Part shown: one piece after another, positions 18,866-26,431 of the stretch
How the letters are laid out: each line of letters opens with the position of its first letter
Numbering within the stretch: the first letter of the stretch is position 1
DNA from: Myxococcales bacterium
Lineage (GTDB): Bacteria; Myxococcota_A; UBA9042
Length of the DNA: 29,726 bases
Reading direction: 5' to 3'
Assembly (NCBI GenBank): GCA_037441385.1
Contig: JBBISH010000085.1
Location: forward strand, 1-29,726
The notes under the pieces: model-generated
The model's input: the letters and a program-made list of their open reading frames with translations, nothing else
The model's database searches: none
What the model was told of the DNA's origin: nothing
Program-made: the position numbers and the translations under genes

Positions 18866-19816
18866 ATGAAACTTCTGGTGGTCGGTTCCGTAGCGTACGA
18901 TTCCGTAGAAACCCGTCACGGCAAGGTTGACCGCGCCCTGGGCGGCTCGGCGACGTTTTTTGCCATGGCGTCGTCGCTGTTCACCGCCACCAGCGTGGTG
19001 GCCGTGGTTGGCGAGGACTTCCATCGCAGCGACCTGGACCGGCTCGAGCGCCGCGGTGTCGACATCAGCGGCGTCGAGTTTGCCCAAGGCCACACCTTCC
19101 GGTGGGGCGGCAAGTACAGCCGCCACTTCGAGACGCGTACGACCCTGTTCACCGAGCTGAACGTGTTTGCCAACTTCAAGCCCAAGCTGCCCGCCAAGCA
19201 CGCCGCTGCCGACCTGGTGTTCTTGGCGAACATCCACCCGGATCTGCAGTACGACGTGCTCGAGCAATGCAAGCAGCCGCGCTTTGTGGCGCTGGACACC
19301 ATGAACTTCTGGATCAGCGGCGAGCGGCCGTCTCTGGAGCGCGTGCTGCGGCGTGTCGATGCCCTGTTCCTGAACGACGAAGAGGCCTTTGCCTTGTCGG
19401 GCGAGGGCAACGTCATCCAGGCCGCGCGCGCCATTCACGCCATGGGGCCGCAGACGGTGGTGATCAAGCGCGGCGAGCACGGCGCGGTGCTGATCCACGG
19501 CGGCCAAGCGTGGATTCTGCCGGCCGTGATGCTGGACCATGTGGTCGATCCCACCGGCGCGGGCGACACTTTTGCTGGCGGTTTCATGGGGTACCTGGCT
19601 CGGCAGCCGCGTATCGACACCGCCGCGCTGCAGGGCGCCATGGTCGCCGGTACCATCGCGGCCTCGTTCGCGGTGCAGGATTTCAGCGTCGACGCCATCG
19701 AGCGCGCGAGCATGGCCGATCTGCGGAGCCGTCACGAATTGCTGTGCGGTGGTCTGCTGCCGGCGCATCTCAACTTGGTGGCGGTCGACGGCCCGCATCC
19801 CACGGTTGCCGCCTAA
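18866..19816 (+). CDS. PfkB family carbohydrate/nucleoside kinase
   Basis: LLVVGSVAYDSVET, LGGSA, NDEEA, IKRGEHGA, PfkB signature DPTGAGDTFAGGF. Confidence 0.93.
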   Translation: MKLLVVGSVAYDSVETRHGKVDRALGGSATFFAMASSLFTATSVVAVVGEDFHRSDLDRLERRGVDISGVEFAQGHTFRWGGKYSRHFETRTTLFTELNVFANFKPKLPAKHAAADLVFLANIHPDLQYDVLEQCKQPRFVALDTMNFWISGERPSLERVLRRVDALFLNDEEAFALSGEGNVIQAARAIHAMGPQTVVIKRGEHGAVLIHGGQAWILPAVMLDHVVDPTGAGDTFAGGFMGYLARQPRIDTAALQGAMVAGTIAASFAVQDFSVDAIERASMADLRSRHELLCGGLLPAHLNLVAVDGPHPTVAA

Positions 19817-19840
19817 CCAGGCATTTACGCAGAGGAATCC

Positions 19841-20683
19841 ATGGCCATTGCTCCGCCTCCCCCGCGCTGGCTCGATCTGCTGGCGCGCCCCGAAGTCAGT
19901 CAGGCCATGGGCAAGCTGGTGCGCCTGCACGCGCCCAAGCCCGTGCTACAGCGCGCGATCCGCACCTTTGCCCGCATCTACAAGATCGACCTGCACGAGG
20001 CCGAGCGCGATATCGCCGATTTCGAGACGTTTCAGGACTTTTTTACCCGGACGCTCAAGCCGGGCCTGCGGCCAGTCAGCCAAGAGGCCAAGGCGATGGC
20101 CTCGCCGGCCGACGGGCGGTTGTCGGCGGTGGGCAGCCTGGACACCAGCACGCTGATCCAGGCCAAAGGGGTGGAGTATTCGCTGGATGCGCTGCTGGGT
20201 GGCTCGCAAGACGCCGATCCCTATCGGGGCGGCAGCTACGCCGTGGTCTACCTCGCGCCCAACAACTACCACCGCGTTCACAGCCCGTGGAACGGCACCG
20301 TGACCCAGTGGCGCTACCTGCCGGGTGCACTGTACCCAGTCAACAAGCTGGGAATTCGCCATGTCCACGGCTTGTTCGCCCGCAACGAGCGCATCGTAGG
20401 CCACTGCGAGACCGAATTCGGCCCGGCCGCGCTGATTATGGTCGGCGCCACCTGCGTCGGCCACATGCGGGTCGCGTTCACCGATTTGGCCTGCAATGAG
20501 GGCAACGTCGGTTCGGGGCTGCAGCCTTGCTCGCCGATGTTGGCGCTGCAGCGCGGCCAGGAATTTGGCGTGTTCGAGATGGGTTCCACGGTGGTGCTGG
20601 TGGCGGCGCAAAAGAACCTGCAGCCGCTGGTGCCGCTCGGTCAGCCGGTCAAGATGGGGCAGCCGTTGCTGGGCTTGCCGTAG
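19841..20683 (+). CDS. psd: Phosphatidylserine decarboxylase proenzyme
   Basis: FFTRTLKPGLRP, SPADG, YLAPNNYHRVHSP, LFARNER, MVGATCVG, self-cleavage motif FEMGSTVVL. Confidence 0.93.
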   Translation: MAIAPPPPRWLDLLARPEVSQAMGKLVRLHAPKPVLQRAIRTFARIYKIDLHEAERDIADFETFQDFFTRTLKPGLRPVSQEAKAMASPADGRLSAVGSLDTSTLIQAKGVEYSLDALLGGSQDADPYRGGSYAVVYLAPNNYHRVHSPWNGTVTQWRYLPGALYPVNKLGIRHVHGLFARNERIVGHCETEFGPAALIMVGATCVGHMRVAFTDLACNEGNVGSGLQPCSPMLALQRGQEFGVFEMGSTVVLVAAQKNLQPLVPLGQPVKMGQPLLGLP

Positions 20684-20734
20684 CTGGGGCGTTGGCGTCT
20701 ACTCACCCGAGACCCGCAGCCTGCGCGAGCGCCC

Positions 20735-21520
20735 ATGCCTGACACCACCGACACTCAACCCACGCCGATTCCTTGGCATTTGCGGCCAATGGCCGCCATC
20801 GACACCGAGACCACGGGCCTGTCGCCCCAGACCGGCGACCGCGTCATCGAGCTGGGCGTGGTGGCGTTCGACAATGGCGAAGTCACGGATCGCTGGTCGG
20901 TTTTGCTGGACCCGCAGCGGCCGTTGGACCCCGATGTCACGCGCCTGACGGGCATCAAACCCGAGGAGTTGGAAGGGCAGCCGACCTTTGCCCAGGTGGT
21001 CCCGCAACTGCTGGAAAAGCTGGCGGGTCGTATCCTGGTCGCCTACAACGCCTCGTTTGACCGCACCTTCTTGATCGCCGAATTCAGTCGCGCTGGAGCC
21101 CAGTTGCCGCGCGGGGCCCGCTGGTTGGACCCGCTTGTGTTTGCCAAGGAGCTGCAAAAGGGTCAGGGGAACCACAAGTTGGGTACCGTGGCCAAGCGCC
21201 TGGGCGTGCCGCTCGAAGAGGCTCACCGCGCCGCCGCCGACGCCGAGTGCGCCGGTTGGGTCCTGCAAAAGCTGGCCGAGCAACTGCCGGCCGACTTCGA
21301 CGAGCTCATCGATCTGCACGAAAAGTGGGAAGGCGAACAGGAATTCGAGCGTTCGCAATGGAAGGCCCGCGCTCGCGGCCGCCAGACCGGCCAAGTGCAG
21401 ACCCAGGGCGATGGTTTGATGCAGGCGCCCCAGTCGGACTTGGCCGCCCATGCGCTGGGCCCCACCTACGCCTATGGCGACGAGTTGGATCCGGTGCGAT
21501 TCATGATTCTGCACAGGTAG
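20735..21520 (+). CDS. DEDDh 3'-5' exonuclease (DnaQ/Pol III epsilon-like)
   Basis: ExoI IDTETTGL, ExoII YNASFD, ExoIII HRAAADAE. Confidence 0.92.
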   Translation: MPDTTDTQPTPIPWHLRPMAAIDTETTGLSPQTGDRVIELGVVAFDNGEVTDRWSVLLDPQRPLDPDVTRLTGIKPEELEGQPTFAQVVPQLLEKLAGRILVAYNASFDRTFLIAEFSRAGAQLPRGARWLDPLVFAKELQKGQGNHKLGTVAKRLGVPLEEAHRAAADAECAGWVLQKLAEQLPADFDELIDLHEKWEGEQEFERSQWKARARGRQTGQVQTQGDGLMQAPQSDLAAHALGPTYAYGDELDPVRFMILHR

Positions 21521-21526
21521 GTAGCC

Positions 21527-22231
21527 ATGGCCACCGAAGTCGAGCTCAAGCTCTTGCTGCCCGACGACCTGGCCCACGGGCTGGTGCGCGCTGCACTGGA
21601 TGCGGCGTGCGGGCCTGCCCAAGTGGTAGAGCAGGTCAACTACTACTTGGACACGCGCGACCGCCGCCTGCACGCCCATCGCTGCATGATTCGTGTGCGC
21701 GTGGGCGGGCAGGGCGATCAGCGTTGGGTCAAGGCCACTTGCAAGGCCAACCCCACGCTGCAGGCCGGCCTGCTGACCGTGGGAGAATTCGAGCACCGTT
21801 TGCCCGATGACCTGGCCGCGCGCTGGCTGCAGGGGCCGCCTTTTCGTAGTCAGCTTGCTGACTTGCAGGCCGTGGCCTGGGTCCAGACTGCGGGCCCTTT
21901 GGCGGGCGTGCTGCCGGCCGACGCGGCCCTGCATGTCCTGGGTGCCATGGCCACCACACGACGTATCTACGCTTTGGACAAGCTATTTTTTGGCGGCGAG
22001 CCGGGGCCGCTCACGCTCGAACTCGACCACGCGCGCTTTGGCGACCGCGGCGCCGACGCCCACCGCTTCGAGATCGAGGTCGAGCACGCCGACGTGGCCG
22101 CGCTCGAGCCGGGTATCACGGCGTGGCTGCGCGACCTGGGCGTGCACGCCTGGCCCGCGGACGAGACCAAGTTTGCCCAACTGCTGCGGATTTTGGACAA
22201 GCCCGAGTCGTTGCCGCGCACCGAATCTTAG
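21527..22231 (+). CDS. CYTH domain protein (triphosphate tunnel metalloenzyme)
   Basis: ExExK (EVELKL), QVNYYLDT, IRVR, LELD, FEIEVE, terminal TKFAQLL. Confidence 0.88.
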   Translation: MATEVELKLLLPDDLAHGLVRAALDAACGPAQVVEQVNYYLDTRDRRLHAHRCMIRVRVGGQGDQRWVKATCKANPTLQAGLLTVGEFEHRLPDDLAARWLQGPPFRSQLADLQAVAWVQTAGPLAGVLPADAALHVLGAMATTRRIYALDKLFFGGEPGPLTLELDHARFGDRGADAHRFEIEVEHADVAALEPGITAWLRDLGVHAWPADETKFAQLLRILDKPESLPRTES

Positions 22232-22373
22232 AGAGCGGATCACTTTGAGTCCTTCGCCGCGCCGCACCCGCCGCCATTGGAGCGGCGAGTCCCCAACGGG
22301 GCGAGCTTGCGACCCACGTAGCAGCGAGAGGCCTGACCAGGACACCCAAGAGCTGAACGAGTGTACAGCAATT

Positions 22374-22580
22374 CCTGCCTTACCGGTTAGCTACAGTGAT
22401 CGTGACTGCGTTTCAGGCTCGACGGCGAGCCGGGGTTGAAACCCCGGGCTCGCACTCAAGAAACCGGCCTTCGCCGGTTGGCGCAACCGCCCGTCCGAGT
22501 CCGCGGAGGCGGACTTCTCGACCGCGAGCCCCAGGTTTCAACCTGGGGTCGCTCGGGCTGTCGGCAACCGGTAAGGCAGG
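22374..22580. mobile_element. 207-bp MITE with 15-bp perfect TIRs and an 8-bp target-site duplication
   Basis: CCTGCCTTACCGGTT (22374-22388) and AACCGGTAAGGCAGG (22566-22580), extending to 20/23 bp. Directly flanked on both sides by CAGCAATT (22366-22373 and 22581-22588). No coding capacity. Confidence 0.85.
22425..22552. repeat. Inverted pair of 55-bp REP-like double-hairpin units (REPIN-like)
   Basis: Unit 1 (22425-22479): GCGAGCCGGGGTTGAAACCCCGGGCTCGC-N8-AACCGGCCTTCGCCGGTT. Unit 2 (22498-22552, reverse complement): GCGACCCCAGGTTGAAACCTGGGGCTCGC-N8-AGTCCGCCTCCGCGGACT. Confidence 0.8.
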
Positions 22581-22607
22581 CAGCAATTGGTCAGGTCTCT
22601 AGCCCGT

Positions 22608-23009
22608 TTACGGAATTCCCGCGCAGCGCCCGCCCTTGCAACTGCTGCTGAGCGGGGCCTTGCCGGTGGCGGTCCGCGCTGCGTTGATGTACGCGGTGCG
22701 GGTCGCGCAGTCGCCGTCGGCCTGGCAGGCGCAGCTGGCGTACTCAGGTGCGTCAAAACACAGCCAATCCCCTGCGCAGGTGCGGCGGGCGCTGCTGCCG
22801 CAGGTGCTTAGGCTGGGGTCGCTGGGGCTGCAGCTAGCGCCGTTGCCAAAGTGCGCGACCTGGCTGCATAGCGGTGGCGCAACGGTGGCCTGCTCGGTTT
22901 CGGCTGGGGTCACGTCGCACCCCCAAAGCAGCGAGCACGAAGCGCATAGGATGCCGCGGGCGAGTAGGAGGGCCGCGCCGAACCAGTTGGGGAACGTCGT
23001 TGCGTTCAT
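22608..23009 (-). CDS. Small Cys-rich lipoprotein
   Basis: Signal peptide with lipobox LWG-C and a Cys-rich mature part (CACQADGDC...SCKGGRC). ATG overlaps the Clp stop codon (ATGA). Confidence 0.7.
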   Translation of the reverse strand: MNATTFPNWFGAALLLARGILCASCSLLWGCDVTPAETEQATVAPPLCSQVAHFGNGASCSPSDPSLSTCGSSARRTCAGDWLCFDAPEYASCACQADGDCATRTAYINAARTATGKAPLSSSCKGGRCAGIP

Positions 23010-25573
23010 CCGCTCACCGCCGTCGCGACCAGGGCCCCTGGCAGCAGTTTCAGTTGCTGGCCGCGCGCTGTCAGCACCACATCGGCGCCGGGCTTGAGCA
23101 GACCATCCAGGATGCAGTCGGTCACAAAGCTTTCGACCACGGCTTCGATGCGCGCTCGCAGCGGCCGCACACCCAATGCGGGATCCAGGCCGCCCTCTAG
23201 CACCAGATCCACCACGCTGTCATCGGCGCGGTAGCGGATGAGGCGCGCCTCGTACAACCGGTCCGCGCCCGCGTCGATGGCCCGCCGCGCCACCACGCGC
23301 GCCGCTTCGCGGTCCAAGGGCCGGAACACTAGACATTCATCAAGTCGGCTGGCCAGCTCCGGCGACAGTTTGCTGCGCACCCGCTCGACCACGGCCTCGT
23401 CTTGGCGGGCCAGCGCCGCTTCGTCCTCGCCCGTGGCGACCACGGTCTCTGCGCCAAAGCCGATCGAGCGCCGCCGGCCGGCCGCCAAAAGCTCTGCGCC
23501 GATGTTGCTGGTGAGCACGATCAGGCAGTTGCGCACATCCACGGCGTGCCCGTGGTTGTCGGTGATGCGACCGGCATCCAGCAATTGCAGCAGCAGCGCC
23601 TGGACTTCCGCTGCAGCGCGGTCCACCTCGTCAAAGAGCAGCACCCGGTACGGCCGCTTCTGCAGCGCCTGCGCCAGCAACCCGACTTGCTGATGGCCCA
23701 CATAGCCCGGCGGCGAGCCCAGCAGCCGCGAAACCGTATGCGGCTCGGCGTATTCGCTCATGTCAAAGCGGACCAGCGCGTCGCCGCTGACAAAGAGGCA
23801 CTCGGCCAGCGCGCGCGCCGTCTCAGTCTTGCCCACGCCCGGCGCTCCCGCGAACAGCAGCGACGCGAGCGGGCGCTGGCCCGAAAATCCGGCGTAATTG
23901 CGCTGTACTCGCCGGGCAATCCGCTCGAGCACTCGGTCGTGGCCCACGATGCGCGCCTTGAGATCCGTGGCCAGGTCGCGGATGCGTCCGCGCTCGTCGG
24001 CCAGCAGCCGCTCCATCGGCACGCCGGTCAGCAGGTGTACCGCGCGCGCCACGTCGTCCACGGCCACTTGCTCGCGGCCCGCCCGCCGCACCTGCGCTCC
24101 AGCGCGGTCCAGCACCGAGATCGCCTTGTCGGGCAGGCAGCGGTCCGTGATGAAGCGCTTGGACAAGTGCACGGACGAGACCACCGCCTCGTGCTGGTAG
24201 AACACCCCGTGGTGCCTGCCAAAATTGGGCGCGACGCCCGCCAGGATCGTCACTGCCTCGGCCGCGCTCGGCTCCGGCACCTCGATCACCTGGAAGCGCC
24301 GATCCATCGCCGGGTCCGACTCGATGTGCCGCTGATACTCGGCCTTGGTCGTCGCGCCAATCAGCGGGAACTTGCCGCGCGACAAGGCGCTTTTCAAATC
24401 GTTCGCCGCGTCCAACGGGCCATCGCCGGTGCCAGCGCCCATCAGCGTGTGAATCTCGTCCATAAAGACGATGACTTGTCCCGCCGCCTTGGCCACCTCG
24501 TCGCGGAGTTTCTTCATCCGCTCCGAGAACGCGCCGCGCAGACCGGTCCCCGCCAGCAGCGCCGATACCGGGATTTCGACGATCACCGCCGATCCCAACT
24601 TGCCGTACTGACTAACGTTTCCAGACAGCCGCAGCGCCAACCCTTCGGCGATCGCGGTCTTGCCCACGCCCGCCTCGCCGATCAGGCACGGGTTGTTGGC
24701 GTGTTTCATCAGCAGGATGTCGATGAGCGCGTCGACAATCGCATCGCGGCCGATGATGGGTTCGATCTCGCCGGCCAGCGCCGCCGCGGTCAGATTGCGC
24801 CCCAGCTCGTTCAGCGTGGGGAACAGGTCCGGGTGCAGCGAAAACACCTTGCCATCAGCGACCTTCCTGCCTATCGGCGGCGGTTCCTGGGGCACCTCGG
24901 CCGGTGGATCCGCGCGCGGCTCGACCTTGGGGGGCGGCGGCACGGTGGGCAGCGGCCGGGTCGGCAGGGCGCTGCGCGGCACCTCGGAGCGTGTGAGATC
25001 GGGGCGCGGCAGATCGGGGCGCGGCAGGTCGGGGCGCGGCAGGTCGGTACGCGTGACGGGCCGATCGCTCAGCGGGCGCAACTCGCTGCTCCGCAAGCTA
25101 TTGTTCGCCGGCGGCTCGGGCTCGGGCGGCCGCACCACCGGCCGCAGCCCAGTGACGCCGCGGTCCTGATCGAACGTGACCTGCCCGATGACCTTGGCGC
25201 GCAGGCTGGGCACGGCCACGCCGGCTCGCTCCAGCACTCGGCAGGCTAGGCTATCGCGCACGCGCAGCAGGCTGGCGAGTAGCACCATCGACGTGGTCTC
25301 GGGTAGACCCGCGCTCTCACTCAACCGCTGGGATTGCCGGTGAATTTCCGCAAGCGCCTCGGGCGGGTCGTCGCGTTCGGCCATCCGCTCGTAGGTGTCG
25401 AGCACGGTCTGGTCGGTCACGCCGGTCTCGACCAGCACGTCGCGCGCCGGGCACTCGACCACGAACATCGCCACCAGATAGTGCACCGACCCGGTCGCCC
25501 GCCCCGTGGCCCGGGCCACGATGTCGGCTTGCGATCGGATCGTCCGCACTTCGCGTGACAGTCGCTCGGCCAT
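23006..25573 (-). CDS. ClpA/ClpC-type Hsp100 ATPase (ClpP-docking, no M-domain) with Pro-rich linker
   Basis: Clp-N-like region. NBD1 motifs NNPCLIGEAGVGKT, VFMDEIH, IGATT, RRFQ, LPDKAI. NBD2 motifs GAPGVGKT, RFDMSEY, GSPPGYVG, LLFDEVD, LTSN. IGF loop SIGFG. Confidence 0.93.
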   Translation of the reverse strand: MAERLSREVRTIRSQADIVARATGRATGSVHYLVAMFVVECPARDVLVETGVTDQTVLDTYERMAERDDPPEALAEIHRQSQRLSESAGLPETTSMVLLASLLRVRDSLACRVLERAGVAVPSLRAKVIGQVTFDQDRGVTGLRPVVRPPEPEPPANNSLRSSELRPLSDRPVTRTDLPRPDLPRPDLPRPDLTRSEVPRSALPTRPLPTVPPPPKVEPRADPPAEVPQEPPPIGRKVADGKVFSLHPDLFPTLNELGRNLTAAALAGEIEPIIGRDAIVDALIDILLMKHANNPCLIGEAGVGKTAIAEGLALRLSGNVSQYGKLGSAVIVEIPVSALLAGTGLRGAFSERMKKLRDEVAKAAGQVIVFMDEIHTLMGAGTGDGPLDAANDLKSALSRGKFPLIGATTKAEYQRHIESDPAMDRRFQVIEVPEPSAAEAVTILAGVAPNFGRHHGVFYQHEAVVSSVHLSKRFITDRCLPDKAISVLDRAGAQVRRAGREQVAVDDVARAVHLLTGVPMERLLADERGRIRDLATDLKARIVGHDRVLERIARRVQRNYAGFSGQRPLASLLFAGAPGVGKTETARALAECLFVSGDALVRFDMSEYAEPHTVSRLLGSPPGYVGHQQVGLLAQALQKRPYRVLLFDEVDRAAAEVQALLLQLLDAGRITDNHGHAVDVRNCLIVLTSNIGAELLAAGRRRSIGFGAETVVATGEDEAALARQDEAVVERVRSKLSPELASRLDECLVFRPLDREAARVVARRAIDAGADRLYEARLIRYRADDSVVDLVLEGGLDPALGVRPLRARIEAVVESFVTDCILDGLLKPGADVVLTARGQQLKLLPGALVATAVSG
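24996..25047. repeat. 15-bp tandem repeat (~3.5 copies) encoding DLPRP in the Clp linker
   Basis: AGATCGGGGCGCGGC x2, AGGTCGGGGCGCGGC, AGGTCGG. Confidence 0.9.
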
Positions 25574-25700
25574 GGCGTGCACAAGTCCGCGGGCTAACTA
25601 GGGTTCGTGGCCAGGTGTGCGCCAATCCGGTCGCGCGTCCGCTGGCGGCGGCGACGACGGACCGCTTGCCCGGCCTGGACCCGCGTCGCACACGGCTGGG

Positions 25701-25728
25701 AGTATCGTCGCCAGCGTGGCCCTGTCAA
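25701..25728 (-). promoter_or_regulatory. Possible sigma70-type promoter for the clp operon
   Basis: Minus strand TTGACA-N16-GATACT, ~130 bp upstream of the clp ATG and just downstream of the terminator at 25799-25839. Confidence 0.45.
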
Positions 25729-25798
25729 CCGCTCCCGTCGCCGGTCGCGCGACGACGTGCCCCCGCCACCAAGGCCGCGCCGCCCGCAAAGGTGCGCC

Positions 25799-25839
25799 AA
25801 AAAGCGGAGCGCGGCGGCTACCAGAGGCAACCGCCGCGC
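25799..25839 (-). terminator. Intrinsic terminator-like hairpin (minus strand)
   Basis: GCGCGGCGGUUGCC-UCU-GGUAGCCGCCGCGC is a 14-bp stem with two G-U pairs that would be A-C mismatches on the plus strand. Followed by UCCGCUUUUU. Confidence 0.65.
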
Positions 25840-26037
25840 GGGTGGCGAGGAAGAACAGGGGCTCCGCACACCGTTGGTCCGCTTGCCGACCGTCACTCCC
25901 TAACGATGACGACGGCCTATCCAACGGGTGGGCTCGGGGCCCGATTGACCTCCGTCCAGGAACTGGGCCGGAGCGGGGAATTGATTTCGGAAGGGGAATG
26001 CACAATGACGCGAATAGGGATTCTTGTCGCCACTTCC
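25799..26037 (-). ncRNA. Candidate sigma54-transcribed structured small RNA (~240 nt), family unknown
   Basis: Bounded by the sigma54 promoter (26050-26066) and the terminator. Long internal hairpin at 25859-25942. No credible ORF with a properly spaced RBS. Confidence 0.5.
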
Positions 26038-26049
26038 AAGCTGGTTCTC

Positions 26050-26066
26050 TGCAACAGTCATGCCAA
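26050..26066 (-). promoter_or_regulatory. Sigma54 -24/-12 promoter
   Basis: TTGGCATGACTGTTGCA matches TGGCAYG-N4-TTGCW with exact GG-N10-GC spacing. Confidence 0.75.
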
Positions 26067-26113
26067 ATCTAGTTTCCAGCCGGATTCGTTCCGCCACTGG
26101 GCGCACCGGACAA

Positions 26114-26126
26114 TAACGCATTGATC
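26114..26126 (-). promoter_or_regulatory. IHF-like site between the sigma54 promoter and the putative enhancers
   Basis: GATCAATGCGTTA against consensus WATCAANNNNTTR (one mismatch), in an AT-rich stretch. Confidence 0.5.
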
Positions 26127-26289
26127 ATGATGGGAAATCTGCTAACTTTGGAGATTCTTAGGGAGTCACATTGGCCCGCCGCGGCGGTCACCGTTGTTGC
26201 AACTGTCTCAACTTGAGAAGCGCGGTCTGGGCGAGTGTCCTGTCGCACCGGCAGTGTGACTCACGTTGCGACACTGTCACACCGGCTCC

Positions 26290-26321
26290 GTCAAATCCGA
26301 CAAGAGTCAAATCCGACAAGA
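26290..26321. repeat. Perfect 16-bp tandem direct repeat
   Basis: GTCAAATCCGACAAGA x2. Confidence 0.9.
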
Positions 26322-26431
26322 GCCTGGGGCGAATGTTCGGGGCCGAACTGGGGCCCAGCCTGATCCTTGCGGGAGTCGCAGGGGCGGGGGTCCTAGAGTG
26401 CGCGGCGCGCCCCCTTTGCCTACTGAAAAGG

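Noticed and set aside
22431..22545. GTTGAAAC / GTTTCAAC motifs as CRISPR repeats
   Set aside because: Only two copies, in inverted orientation, with no repeat-spacer periodicity and no cas genes in the window. Better explained as REP-like hairpins.
25760..25771. CCCCCGCCACCA as a tRNA/tmRNA 3' end or att site
   Set aside because: No T-arm (GTTCRA) or cloverleaf upstream.
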